From positions 1,364,001-1,428,000 of the forward strand of contig CDPCPM010000370.1 of the NCBI GenBank assembly GCA_976551045.1: a stretch of 64,000 nt of DNA, given 5' to 3'. How positions within the stretch are numbered: position 1 is the first letter of the stretch; each line of letters starts with the position of its first letter. This DNA comes from Glaucostegus cemiculus (lineage: Eukaryota). The position numbers and the translations under genes were made by a program. Shown piece by piece: positions 1 through 13,482 of the stretch. Below the pieces are notes generated by a model, which was not told the DNA's origin, did no database searches, and worked only from the letters and a program-made list of their open reading frames with translations.

Positions 1-589
1 TGGAGAATGTGCATGTGATAGCGCATGAGGAAAACGATCCGATGACAAAAAGTGACAGTAAAAATAGGACTGGCCGAATAAAATTGTATGGCATCGTTTT
101 AATAATAAAAACAAACTTAAATAACAAAGTAGGTGACCTGGCGATTGAAGTGCAAGGCATACAAGTAAAATCTTGCACGGCAGCGGATGTTCCTAATGCA
201 GTATAATATTTTATTCATGTATGGAATTGGCAGTATTCGATAAGTTTAGAGAATTAATCTGAACTGTTATTTTCAGGGTGCTAAATCCACAAGGTGATCA
301 GCAGTTGGATGCTTAACGAACGGTCGCCTAAATGAGCGTCATAGTTGAACATCACTTGTCAACAAACACCTCTTTGTTCAACATCCTGAAAATAATGTTC
401 GCTCAGAAATATCTTAGTTGTTCTTCAATATTTTGGTTTTATTTGAATCTGTCACTGTTTCTGTTTGCTGTACTGTTCACTTTTCACTGGTGCCCTTTGG
501 CGGGAGTACAACCTTCTGTCATGGGATTGATTCACTGGAGCCATCATTCAGACTTGTGACGTGGCATTTGAAGACTGCTGGAAATGCAG

Positions 590-1245
590 AGATGAACAGA
601 TATACAGACAACCCGACAGACAGACANNNNNNNNNNNNNNNNNNNNNNNNNNNNNNNNNNNNNNNNNNNNNNNNNNNNNNNNNNNNNNNNNNNNNNNNNN
701 NNNNNNNNNNNNNNNNNNNNNNNNNNNNNNNNNNNNNNNNNNNNNNNNNNNNNNNNNNNNNNNNNNNNNNNNNNNNNNNNNNNNNNNNNAGACAGATGTC
801 GCTTCCATTCCGCCTGTCGTGGTTGAATTTATAAAAGTTATAGACACACTTATTGCTCAGCCATTCTCTTCCATAGATGCATAGATAGATAGACAGAAAG
901 GTAGACAGAGGGAAGGACAGACAGACAAACAAATAGCTGGATAGCTAGATACATATATAGATATAGATAGATAGAAAGGTAGACAGACAGACAAATAGAT
1001 GGACAGNNNNNNNNNNNNNNNNNNNNNNNNNNNNNNNNNNNNNNNNNNNNNNNNNNNNNNNNNNNNNNNNNNNNNNNNNNNNNNNNNNNNNNNNNNNNNN
1101 NNNNNNNNNNNNNNNNNNNNNNNNNNNNNNNNNNNNNNNNNNNNNNNNNNNNNNNNNNNNNNNNNNNNNNNNNNNNNNNNNNNNNNNNNNNNNNNNNNNN
1201 NNNNNNNNNNNNCAGATGTCAATGCCATTCCGCCTGCCGTGGTTG
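590..1245. repeat. (GATA/GACA)n microsatellite region with two N gaps and a duplicated ~33-bp unit
   Basis: agat/agac runs flank the gaps; cagatgtc..ccattccgcctg.cgtggttg occurs at 793 and again at 1213. Confidence 0.8.
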
Positions 1246-3084
1246 CACATAAAATTTGGTTCCAGAGAAGGCAAAAAAATCATTTTCCATTGTCAGGAAT
1301 CTAAATGGGTGTGAAAATCATATCACTGTGGTCTACACGTCAGTCACAGTTAGATTTACTGGTTCTCTTGATCTTGGCAAGAAAATCAGCTGGACAAGGA
1401 TTTCAAAGTGCAACTAACGACTCGACTGAGCATCACTGTGCACTGAGTTTCCGCACAGCTTCGTAGTACAAACCAGGGAGGGCGCTGTACAAGATGTGCA
1501 AGATGATCGAAACACAGCGACAGGGATCAAAGTGAGAGTCGAATACAGACTTCAGTGTGATGTATGTTGCAGAGGCCAGAGAAACAGAGGGAGAGATAAA
1601 AAGAGAAAGCGATAAATAGGGATGAAGCGCGAGAGAGAATTGGGACCTCTGGACACAGTGCGGCATGCGGAACGGAGGGTACGGACACATATTCCACACC
1701 AGTGCATAGCCCATTGCCAGAGCAGAAATGAGAAGTTCTTTTCATTTATTCTGCATGTTTCACTCCGTCCTGGAGATGCAGAGTGAATTCAAAATAATTA
1801 AATAAATTACAATGCAGATAACATTGTGACGTCCGAGCGGTGGCGGGAAGGTTGCGTCCATTCGCTCCCACAAACAAAAATGTGGCAAGAAGCAGATAAC
1901 AAACTTCAAGATGTTAATTCAAAATTCGATGTTGCCGGCACGTTCCAGATAATGGGCCTGCTTTTGGTTGTATCTATTCCTTGCACATCCACACCCCACC
2001 GCTGTACTGTCTTCATCTGTTCTGATCTCTTGCAGATCTACAGTCTTAACATCTCCAATAGAACAGTTCGTTTAGCTGCATTCGCTCTCATCATTCGAAT
2101 GACTGGCCAAACTGTGCATTGATCCCTGTCTCTCTTTCATCTCTCATCATGTACCTTGATTAAAGAAAACATTTGCACAATGAAATTCCTTACGGATATG
2201 TGTCGCTGATCAGTTGTTGGTTACAAATGTCAATTCTGCAGTCATCTCTTTAATCAAGGACTGAGACTTGAAATATGTTGATGATTCTCCGCCGTTATTT
2301 TTACTTGACTATCGCAGTTGGAACATTCCCCGGACTTATGTAAACTGAGCGGGCACAGAAACATTTATCTTTTCAATTTAACAAGTGCTTCTGGAGAAAC
2401 CCGCGACAGAATCATTGAAGGTTCCATGAAAAGGGAGATTGGACGGTGTTAGCCAATGACTGAACAAGAGCTGTAAGTAATATATTACATGGAAGTAAAT
2501 GTCGATGATTAATGTTTATGTACGACTCATCGTTAGCAGCAACCGCATTGAACAAATTTAAACTTGAGAATTTGTTTGAACTCTTGTTCAACTGTTCCTT
2601 TGTCCTTCAGGTGCTCAGCTGGTGCATATGCAAGGTGCGGCCAACCTAATCAGTGTGCTCACATGGGATCGAACGCTTATTTGTTCAAAATTTCGTCATG
2701 GATGTCCGCGGGGAGGTGATCTCACTTTCTCATGAATCTTGCAGTTTCAATATAAATATGCTGCTGCTTTCCTTGAATCGCTGACTATTGTGAGATTTAT
2801 ACTTCATTATTGTGGCCGCTTGACGGAGAAATGGGTTGGATGTGGAACGTATCCATTGAATATCTTTATTACCCACTTCTGGCAGCAATAGGGGTACCCG
2901 GTAGGTCACTGTCCCATTCTCATGTGCCTGAAGCATGCCGGGTTTCGTGTTAGGAAACTGCAGTGTTGAAGGTACAGCGAAAAAGGTGCGGGAAAATCTC
3001 GGAAAGCCAGGTTGCATCTGTGGGTTGTGAGAGTGGGAGGAGCGAAGCTGCTTTTCTATGTAAGTTAATTGCATCTGATGCAAG

Positions 3085-3172
3085 TGTCGACTTGTATGGT
3101 TACTGACGGTCCCACTGTACCGCGTACCCTTAGAACACATATATATTGCAGTTTAAAGTGACGGTATCGTCA
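3085..3172 (-). pseudogene. Decayed TCR V remnant (FR1 to WYRQ region)
   Basis: Minus frame reads DTVTLNCNIYVF*GYAVQWDRQ*P, resembling DTVTLSCEYSGFCPYTIHWYLQLP of the V at 34837; no RSS found. Confidence 0.4.
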
Positions 3173-5474
3173 TTGCAATTGACATTGAATTATTCCTCAA
3201 TGGTTTTCGGTGAAGTGAAAGACGATACACGTATTGCTTGCAAATGCAGAGAGTAACTCACTATCATTTTGAATTTATTCCAGTAAGTCGTCATGCCTGG
3301 AAATGTTTCGCGTGAAGCGAAAGTGGTGATCCCCATTGATCGAAGGTCATGCGAAGGATATGTTAATCGATGCAATTAAACTGGACTTTGTTCAGCTCAA
3401 ATTTACAATTTCTGAATCTGTGTATAACACGAAACTTCGCAGTGTCGTGACTTGTGAAGAGGAAGATCAGCTTTTGCAAAGGGGTATTAGCAGGCTGGTA
3501 GGATTTACATGACCTTACCAGTGATGTTCACGCAGGGAAAAGTGAGGAGTGTATTTGGGTAGGGATACTGAAGAGAAAAAAGTGGGGGATAAAAGATACT
3601 TGCCGAAAATGGTTGAATGATCCAGGTACAGTGCAGAACCTGAGCTAACAGAAATGGCAGGATTGGCTAAGAGCGCTATAACAGATTCACACAGAGTTCC
3701 TTCCTTTGCGATTAAAAGCCAATAAGTACTGGTTATTCTTCTGGGGGTTCTGTCTGGCCTCAGTTGGAGTATGGAGTGTTCAGTTTTGGATGCCTCAATT
3801 CGTACGTGAAAGGTTTCGAGAGGGCTCAGGCCTATTTAAGAGGAAGGCCGTGCAGCTGAGGTACGATTGAGTAGAGAGGCAAGGACTGTTTCCTTCAGAG
3901 ACAAAAAAAAAGTTAAAAAATCGACGGGAGTTCAAACTCCTTGGGACTGGTGTTGTTGGAGGGATTCGGACAGAGTGTACAGGTCAAAGTTGCTCTCTTT
4001 GTCGGAGGGGTGGTAAACTGGAGATCCCAGAAATCATGTACAGGTTGATAGTGAGAGTGAGGGGCGTAACTGAAGCTTTCTAACACCAAGTGTCGTGTGA
4101 ATCTGGGACACACTTCCTTCATTGTCGGTGGAGGCAAATTTCATTGTGTCGTTTCTGAAGGGATTCCATAATTAGACGCAGTCGGCGAGTTGGCACCGAG
4201 ACAGAGGAAGAGGCGTGGGTGCAACGAGAGAGCACTTTTGATGAAAAAGCTGGCATGAACACGATCGGGCGAAAGACATGTTTGTCTTGTAACCGCGTCA
4301 TGATTCTAACACAGAGCGGGAGATGATGACGCCATGTTGGAACTAATTTGTAATGTTAACTCTAAATGGTAACTTTAGTAATGCAGGCAGATATTTATCC
4401 TTCAATGAGACACATATATGTCGACGGACTGCCCTATTTCGCACCGTGTCCTTTCCTTATTTTAGTTTCAATAAGCTGCATGTACACCATCGCATGATTT
4501 CGATCTTGGAAAACAAGGCATTCACCCAAGCCACACAACTAAATATTGATACTTCATTACTTGTTTTTTTTTAAATATTTGACAAACACGTTATTCACAG
4601 GACCACAACAGTAGGGCGGGGAACCGTGTTTTCTCACTGTTGCACTTCAGTTGTTACTTGAACTACCATAACAGTGAATGTAATTATTTGTAGAACAACG
4701 CAATGGACAGAGTGTCATCTGAACTGTAAACTAGCGTCCATTCTTTCGGCGATTCTCCTCTCTGAGCTACAAAGGCTAAATCTCATTTTAACTGGAGTCC
4801 TTTCAGAATCCCATTCCATTGCGCCATGTTTAGGAATATGTTGACAATGTTGCATTATAAACAGGATCTCATTAATCATTCATGAACGAAGTTTTAGTTC
4901 AATCTTCTGATATCAAATAGCTTGTATTGTAATGAACATTCCAATAAGCCTGGCAGGGTGGAAGATCTGAACATTTCCAAGCTTCACTCTGCACAATTGG
5001 TCCCTGTCTGCTGAGCGCTTCTTTCATTGCACATTTGCAGCATGCAAATTTCCTTCTGTTTCCAGCTGATCTCAGTCCCACCCTTTGTGGCATTAAACAT
5101 CCACAATACAATTATTCCTCCTTTTTTTGTGGTGATATGCGTATATTTGGCAATTGCTGCAGATTGAGCGTCTCCGTTTTGAACCCTTGCAGATCTGCGA
5201 ACCGAATGCCGTTCAGAATGGCAGTACCGCTAAACACTGGCTTCAACGGTCTCATGCACCTTTTGTGATATTTTGAAGTCAACTGTTAACTGACAAATTC
5301 ACTATCAGCTGATATATCAGGTGAACAGAATATTACTTCGTACAGTGTGGGAAACGGCGGCCAAACAAACGCCACCATTCGAACAAAGCGACTTCTGTCG
5401 AACGACACCGATCCTTCGTCCAACACGAAGTGCCTCCGTCTACTTATCCACTGTTACCCTTTTCTTTACCCCAG

Positions 5475-6378
5475 TGAACATGGTGGCGATTGTGATTCTG
5501 TACCGAGGAAATTGCGGTCTCTCCAAATGCATCACCTATTACCTAGTGGCCATGGCAACGGCGGACCTCTCGGTGATTGTCTGCAATGTGATCTTCTTCC
5601 GGGTTGCCGAAATTTATTGGTGGGCTCTTTCATGTTATACACTCCCGTGTGTAGGTTCATTCACTTCCTGTCTCCCTTGGCAATAGACTGTTCTGTTTGG
5701 TTCACGGTTGCTTTCACCATCGATCGATTTTTGGCGATTTGCACTCAGAACCTGAAAAACAAGTACTGCACCGAGAGAACTGCGCTCGTGGTTATAGTGA
5801 CCGTGAGCACATTCTTCTGTTTAAAAAACATCCCTTGGCCTTTCGCGTACAACTATTTTCGAAGGAATAATGAAGGAGGTCTGTGGGGTTGCCGTCTTAA
5901 ACACCATTTTTATACCCTTCCTACATGGATGGCATTCTCTTGGACTGATCAGCTTTTAACCCCAGTGCTTCCATTCTGTCTGATTTTGCTGTTTAATGTC
6001 CTCGTGGTCAGACGCATTCTGGTGGCCAGTGGAGTCCGTAGGAGCTTCCGAGGTCTCAGCCGTGGAGAGAAGAGGAAAGACCCCGAGGTGAGGAACCGCA
6101 GACTGTCCATCGTTTTACTCCTTGCAATAACCATCAACTTTATACTTCTCTGGGCGACCACGGTCGCATATTTTGTTTTCCATCGAAGTGTGAACGGATT
6201 TTGGTCGAGGGGTTTGAAGAACACTTTTGCAGCATTTGAACAATCTGGAGTTAAGACTCAGCTGCTGAGTTCCTGCACAAACACGGTCATTTACACGTTG
6301 ACCCAGAGGAAGTTCAGAGAGGAGCTGGTGTACATACTCAAATGTCCCTTTATTCGAATTAGAATGCCTGTGAAATAA
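5475..6378 (+). pseudogene. GPR139/GPR142-like class A GPCR main coding exon with a -1 frameshift near 5618
   Basis: Acceptor ttctttaccccAG at 5473-74. One frame gives VNMVAIVILYRGNCGLSKCITYYLVAMATADLSVI; another continues GSFMLYTPVC..DCSVWFTVAFTIDRFLAIC..LSSCTNTVIYTLTQRKFREEL (DRF motif, TM3-TM7, helix 8). First exon not found. Confidence 0.85.
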
Positions 6379-8449
6379 TGCAACTATGATTTCAAATAAC
6401 ATCATGACAGAATTTCGTTTGATTGTTTACACCTATAACTTGCGTAAGAAAGAGGCTTTAAAATGGTTTGATGCTGTCCTTTAGTTCCAACAAACAACGC
6501 CATAATAAAATTTAAATCCGGACTTATCCTATGTTCAGAACGACAGCCTGGCGTGCCAATGTACACTTCTTATTTGCTTTAGGGGAAATATGAGCCACGA
6601 CCTCCAGGAAACCTGCTTTATTTTCTGATTGACCTGTGTGAAGTGCGGTCATCCGAAACTGGACGTTCGTTTCCTCACAAAGCCACTGAAATAACCCTAC
6701 GTTCTTGTCCCGCTGATCCAGTCGCTTCCTACTCTTATTCCGATTTAAAGTTCCAACCACTGCATTCTGAAAGATCACACGGTGACACTGCTTAATGCAG
6801 TAAAAACGCGTTTATTATCAGTATACCGCCAGGGAGAAGTCTCGTCAACACTCGTTGTGAGCCGTTATCAGAGGTCTCCGCAATACAAAGGAGCAGAAAG
6901 TAATTTCTGCAAACATTGTCACGCACACTTAATGAATGCAGCTCCGAAAGTTTCGATCTGGCTCCTAACATTCAAATACAAACATCGCACGTATTGTTCA
7001 GCATAAATGATTTGTAATGAAGAGTTTCAAAAACAGATATCACACTCATTGTTTAGGACAAAATTCCCACTGACTATGTAATGCATCCATAACCATTGTT
7101 GCTTAGTATAATTGGCTTCCAATCAACTTCCGGACACAGTAATTGCCACCTAGTCCTGAGTCAGGGGTTTTCTTGCGTGGTATTTTTTCATGCGCTGTCA
7201 CAATTTCTTAACCCTTTACTTCCTAACTCCCTGCATCCGTGACACCTCGTGTATTCTTCACCATGCAGATTTTCAGCATCTGCAGTATGTCTTGTTTCTC
7301 TAGTTGGTTTCATCTTGGATGGACTCAAACGTTTGTGCAGTTAAATTCTCTGTTAACCATTTCTGCCTCCTTGTGTAACCAATAGCCACGCCTTTAGTTC
7401 TCTCCGGAATTCTCTTCCTGAACACCTCTATCTCAATTCCCGCTTTCTGTGTTGAGTATCTCAGGAAGGAGGCGGTGCATATGCCCCTGTCTGCATCAGC
7501 GGCATGAAGTCGAGACAGTTAAGAGTTTCAAGTTCCGAGGAATGACGACCACCAATGATGGGGACATGTTCGGCACAGCTTTGTGGGCCGAAGGTCCTGA
7601 ATTGCGCTGTAGGTATCTATGTTCTATGTTCAATTGTCATCCCCAAATCGATTTCCCCTTCTGTCCGCTGCAAGAAACACAGTGCCAGGAGGTCTGGTCG
7701 AAAGGTACCTTTATTTTCTTCAGCTGTACTGCTGGGAGAGTCCCTTTAGCACTCACACATAGTCGCTTCCCAAGGTATCTCCCCGAGCAGTGGGCAGACA
7801 GAACTTTATACAGTTCTTCTCACGCAAATCCCATGCACCCGGCGCCACGTGTTTCCGACAAATTATACAAATGTTAAATTAGCTATTACACTCTTTGTTC
7901 TGGTATAATTGGATTTCAATCAAGAGAGACAAAGGTGGGTATCACCCCTCATTGTTTAGCTTGGGCTCCCACCTCAGTGTTAACTGTTGGGCTTTCTGCT
8001 TCCCTCCCGATGTTAATGACAGAGCTGGAGTCTGATACTATGTAAATTTCAATGGACATTACTGTTGACTCTAGGGATGTATGGGGGATGTCGATTTCAA
8101 ACAACGGGGCTGCAGCTGTCTATAACGATTGTTGACTTAAAACCTTGCGGGGTGGGGGGGGGGTGCGCAGCTGTCTATAGCGGTTGTCAGTGTTAGTCTG
8201 CAGTGATGCTAACTGTCAGTTTCAATGGTAGTCTGTGCTATAGATGTTAATGTTAGTTCCTGCCAGCTCAAGGTGTTCTGATACCTAGACAAAGGTAATT
8301 AACTTGCCTGGCATTCTTCAGCTAGGCATTCATCCCCTACCCATTCCAGGTTGGAAAGAAGGCTGTGGTCTTTTCGAGAAGCAAAGATGGCAATTGTAAC
8401 ACTCTATTACTACACAATTCCCTGTCGTAATCTACCCACGTGGGGGCCA

Positions 8450-8810
8450 GGGACAATAAAGCTCACCAGCGACTCTACTTCCTCAGGAGGCTGAGGAAAT
8501 TTGTCATGTACCCTTTCACATTCACCAACTTTTATCGATGTAAAATAGAAAACATCCAGTCTGGACGTATCACTGCTTGATATGGCAATTACCCTCCCAG
8601 GACCGGAAGATACTGCAGAAAGTTGTGAACACAGTTCAGCGCATTACGACAAGGAAACTCCCATTCATGTACTCTGTGTATACTTCTCGCTGCCTCGGAA
8701 AAGCAGTCAGCATAATTAAGGATTCGACTCACTCCGGTAATTCTGTCTTCTCCCCTCTCCCATAGGGCAGAAGATATAAAAGCCTGAAAGCACGTACCAC
8801 CATTACTACT
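8450..8810 (+). mobile_element. Rex1/Babar-type LINE 3' fragment
   Basis: QRLYFLRRLRKF..NFYRC..DRKILQKVVNTVQRIT..SRCLGKAVSIIKDSTH..GRRYKSLKARTT with stops. Confidence 0.75.
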
Positions 8811-10357
8811 GTTCTTGCTCCACATCGCAGAACTTTCTTACCCTTCAGCTTGTCTCCCCAATGTCTCGGGGAAGCTCCGAAATATTTACTGAAGACAGCA
8901 AGGGCGGGAAGGAGTAGTCTCCAGATATTCCTCCCCGCTGTCTGGGAACAAGGATGCGGGGAAAGAAACTAATTCCTCTAACAGACTCCGGGGCCTTTTC
9001 TCAAAATGCCACGTATCACTACCTCAGTACCCCATATGATGACAGGCGAAAAGTCCACCGGAGGCCGCTTGCATACTCTTAATTGATAGAATATTGGCCC
9101 AAGCTTTGATCTGAAAATTAAACGTGGATCAAAATCTGTTGTTGACTTGGGGAAATGCGGACTTCACGTTGAATAATTCGTATATAAGAAGGTAAGAACA
9201 TAAGAAGCATAAACAGACTACATACATTTCCTTTCATGCCCCCTCAGCTATTAAAAAGGTTACTGGCTCAGCTTTCAGTTTGGCACTTTATTGCGATACG
9301 AACCACTTACGCAATGATTCCCGAAACGTCTTGATATCTGTGGGTTTTGGTCTTGAACCTTCCAAATATTGACAGTCCACGGCCCAGTTTGGTGGCGAAT
9401 TGCAAACATTCACCAAATTCTCAATGATGGATTTACGCTTCACCTGAGTCCGGAATAGCCGGTCATATATTTTCACTCCGTGTCTCCGGGTTTCAGATAG
9501 TAGAGTAGTGAGAAAGATCAACTTTGTCTCTACCACACAAGACCCTGAAAATTGTACAGGTTGAATTAGTTCTATATTCTATTGTTCTCAGTTTTCACGG
9601 CTGTGACTACCGTATTTTTTTTAAATCAAAAGACAAACTATTCATCCAGGAATCAATCTGGTGAACTTTCTTTCTTCTTCCTGAGGTAGGGAGACAAGAC
9701 GTACAAAATCATTTTGACGTGGTGCTGTCAACTATTTATGTAACTAGGTTCGTTTTCAAATTCTTCTGCAATAAATGAAAATAGATCGTTTGGCCAATGA
9801 ATTCTGCCCCAATGGCTGCTTCCGCCATTTTATGAAATTCCCTCCTCCAGCGGGTTGTGTGTGGCTCTGATTATTCATCAGCGTGTTCTTTTTAGGAGCC
9901 CATAATATCCAGACCAGAAACACTTTTACGGATTATTTTCTCTCCTCCACCAGCAAGGCCCCAACACAAATGGAAAAGCTTAATTTGAAGAAGGGTCATG
10001 GACATGAATCAATATCTGTTCTTGATCAGAAAGAGGTACGTCATGTGTATCATTCCGCTTTCAAGTTGATTTTCCGTTTTGTGTAAATTTTGAAAACGAA
10101 ATGATCATCGTGGACCAAGCCCCCCAGTCCTACGCCATGACTCCTCCAACAATGGAGTTGTCAGCTGACAGGCTGCGATGCGAAATAACGAGAGGAGCAC
10201 AGGGACAAAGGAGCTGTGAGCTCATTTGGAGAACTAGAGGACCAGTCAGATCGTCAGCCACCACTTGCTCACTCCCATTTAGTAGAGGGGCCGCATGCCA
10301 CTCTAGATCTAACCAAGGACAAGTTCTGTTGAAACCCTCCATCAACTTTATCGAACC

Positions 10358-10857
10358 ATGTGCTTACTATACTTTCTGCTCACAGCGGCCGTTCTCTTAA
10401 CCGGTGGGTACACCAGGTGCACATAACTGCAAAGGACAATTGTATGAATTGCGAAGTTACTGAGTCTCGGAATAGCCACTGCCAGGGGCAGATTCTAGGG
10501 TACAGGCACTCTGACATGACAGGATTTGATTTTATCTCTTTCTGGACACTTGCAGGACATCGTAGGGGAGTCGCCATTTCACAGTCATCGGCTGCAGCCA
10601 CAATGATAGAAGGGGACGTCGATCAGTTACTCTTCATTTATGCAGCTACAAATACTGCCAGTCGGTATCTGTACTGGTACAGTTAATACCACGGAGGAGT
10701 CGTGGAATTTCTGCTTCGCAATAACTATTACAGAGAGAAGAAGGAAAAAATGCAGAGAGCCGGTTCTCAATCACCCTTGATGATTCAAAACGAACCGTCT
10801 GAGCCTGTCTGAAACCCAGTTTGGAGAATCGGCGTCGTATTACTGCACCCTGAATCC
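10358..10857 (+). pseudogene. TCR V alpha/delta pseudogene, family A (leader 10358-10403, V exon 10556-10857)
   Basis: Leader MCLLYFLLTAAVLLT|gtgggt; V exon GHRRGVAISQSS..YLYWYS*YHGGVVEFLL..SRFSITLDDSKRT..SETQFGESASYYCTLNP; first Cys lost, stop codon and frameshifts. Confidence 0.85.
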
Positions 10858-10896
10858 CACAACGACACAGAGCAGGGCTGAGCATTTACAACGTCT
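10858..10896 (+). promoter_or_regulatory. Degenerate 23-RSS
   Basis: CACAACG + 23 nt + ACAACGTCT. Confidence 0.7.
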
Positions 10897-10910
10897 CTGC
10901 GCAGGAGAGA

Positions 10911-10949
10911 GGTTTTTGTGCAGGGACTGTCATGTTCCCTATCACTGTG
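10911..10949 (-). promoter_or_regulatory. Consensus 23-RSS
   Basis: Minus strand CACAGTG + 23 nt + ACAAAAACC. Confidence 0.95.
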
Positions 10950-11389
10950 ATGCTGTGTCGCGCAGTAATACAGCGCCGTGTCCGTGCCCTCGGGGCTGTC
11001 GATCATAAAATGGCCCCGTTTGTCCACAGCGGAGAAATCCAATTTAAAGTGACCATTGTTCTCTATTCCAGCCACTACTCCCTTTATTATCCATTCCAGG
11101 CCCTTTCCGGCTTTCTGTCTGTGCCAGTACATGTAGACAACGCCGGTTGTGTCATAGGTGCAGTTCATCTGCACGGACTCCCCGCGGCGGGTGGTAAGTT
11201 CAGATGGAGACTGCAGCACTCGATCAGAGAGACATCGACCTGAAAACAAAACACAAAACAATATCCCGTGAAATTGGGCCAACGCGAATAAATATAAAGA
11301 CCGCGGGTTATTTAGCAGCATCTCCTCAACTTACATATCAGCAGCACCAGGCAGAGTGGAATGATATTCAGCTTTACCGAGCGAAACAT
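10950..11389 (-). CDS. Intact TCR V segment, family B (leader 11389-11335, V exon 11239-10950)
   Basis: MFRSVKLNIIPLCLVLLI|gtaagt, then in frame CRCLSDRVLQSPSELTTRRGESVQMNCTYDTTGVVYMYWHRQKAGKGLEWII..DTALYYCATQH, followed by a perfect RSS. Confidence 0.92.
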
Positions 11390-12363
11390 CCTGGGAATTA
11401 TTATGTTCAGGATAAAACTGTGGACTGCTCTCATCGGAGGCAACTTAACGAGTGAAGTAGCTGGACGGACGGAGACTGAACGGAAGCGATGCGGTCACGT
11501 GGAGATCACAGCTGCGGTGCCATTTGTCAAAATATCACCACCGTCTGTTTACACTTCGGAAAACGACAGCTTCAGAATTGTGACTTGCAATTACATGTTT
11601 ATTTGCTGTCACTTAAATGGAGTGGGAATCTTTTTTTCTGTTGCGGCCTACAGTCTGAGGGCAGAGTCTATGTTTCGAAGAAGAGATCAAAGTTCCCTCG
11701 CGATTGTTGGATTGCAGATGGTGAGAAATGTCTGAGGCATCTGACATCGCTCAGTCTCATGTGGATTTACCGAAAGAGGTAATGGCCGAGACATGGTAAA
11801 GAGTAAAAAAAAATGTGGTTCTCATGTTTTTAGTGCCTCTTTGTTTTGTGTCTTTCAGTGTTTGTTTATTCCAGTAAATGTGACGTGTACCTTGACCTGT
11901 GGAGTACGGCATTTCGCTCCGATGCATACTGTATGTGTATATAGTAGTGACAACAAAACTGATTCTGATTCTGATTCTGAGTAGACTGTGGAGAAATGGT
12001 TCCTTTTCTTTGTACATGGTCCGAAGTGAAGGGATGCGGAATGAAGCAGACATATATATGTTTGCACGCATGTTTTACGAGTGGCACCCAGACCATGTCA
12101 TCCTTCCTGATCTACGTATGTGACGTTCATTTGGAAAGTTTATTTATAGTCACCGCAATACGATAGAACGTGCTTCCATTACTGTATCTTGAAGTACATC
12201 ATCGATTGTAATGTCTTTGGAATAAAATCGCTCTCTTCTGTCTGTTTTCTCGGTCTTTGAATGTCTCAGTTATCGGGATACTGGGTGTGGATATTCGCTA
12301 TCACCAAGCTCATGCATATTAACTCTTCTGATTCTTTGCTGTCAGAGCAGCGAAGGCGCTTCT

Positions 12364-12402
12364 CACAGCTTCATAACAGAACTGAAGACCCTCACAACTG
12401 AT
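12364..12402 (+). other. Orphan RSS-like site after a possible V remnant
   Basis: CACAGCT + 23 nt + ACAACTGAT; upstream frame ITKLMHINSS is only faintly V-like. Confidence 0.3.
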
Positions 12403-13189
12403 ATCTTTGTGCAGAGACCATCCACTGAATCACAGGCCGGCCATTATTTAAAATAAAACCTCTAGTACTCACTATCAGCATAACAAATTTGGCGACAGAC
12501 CGGGAAGTTACAAAATATCAGTCTTATTTTCTCTCCCAAACGCAAGAAGCGAATGATCGGATGGAATCAGCTTCAATTATGGTATTTCAGAGAACGTTTC
12601 TGACGCACTAGTTATGAAGTACCATTAATGAGTTCGGGGTGGCAGCAAATTCGAAAGCATTTTCCATAAAAGACCAATAGAATACGTCGAAATCATTCAC
12701 TGAAATTACATAACGACGATTTCACAATACATCAGCAATCCCACTTCCTGCCGACCGATGTCATACTGGGGCGTCTTGTGGGAACGTGTCTTTAACAGAC
12801 GACAGAATAGTTATTTCTGAAATACCTTCTCCAGATGCGCCGCCCCTCCCCCCACCATGAATGAGATTCATCAGCACGTATTGCTCAGATTGTTGGTGTC
12901 CATTTGTATGGTAACTGATTGATTGCGTCATCTAACACTTGTCAGTGGTTTGAGATAACTCGCTGTGATTCGCGGTGAGGAATTCGAAGTATCGAGATGG
13001 TAGTGGTGGATTAGATGTATTTCTTTGAATCAGTCTTGTTTAAATTTGTACTCAGGCGAACAACTTACTTAGATTCCTCTCCATTTTTTTTACTGCCTTT
13101 CTGTTCCACTGGGCGAATTTGCCCTCTGCCGATATCTCGAGGGTTTGCAATGGTTGAGTCTTTCTTCAGGTTCCCTACATTTCGACAGT

Positions 13190-13482
13190 AAGGTGAGGTT
13201 CGTGGCACCGAGGTGCACAGCGGACTCGGAGACCACGGCCTCGAGGATCGTTAGTTTGATACTCTTGCTCGATGTCTCGATATCAAGAGCGCAGTCTTTA
13301 ATCAACTCTGAATTGAAATTCTGGCAGGCAGTGAAAATCAACAATTTGCACCAGACGGTTGATAAATCCTGGTTCATCCCTGCACTGCAAGAATGCAGTT
13401 TTCTTACAAATAACAATTTTAATTGGATGGGTGCGAGTGGCGATTTCGCGCGTTGGCAGTTTGTATTTCCCGAAGGCGACAC
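13190..13482 (-). pseudogene. TCR V alpha-like pseudogene
   Basis: DIETSSKSIKLTILEAVVSESAVHLGATNL parallels DLDTDKKSYFLMISGALVSDGAVYLCALSP of the 25.7-kb V; decayed RSS CACCTTA-23-AGAAAGACT. Confidence 0.65.

Noticed and set aside
418-1304. ORFs containing long X runs (also at 16.6-16.9 kb and 49.0-49.3 kb)
   Set aside because: Artefacts of N gaps in simple-repeat sequence
5347-5620. N-terminal part of the 343-aa ORF as real protein
   Set aside because: Wrong frame; the true TM1-TM2 sequence is in the 5321 frame after a splice acceptor
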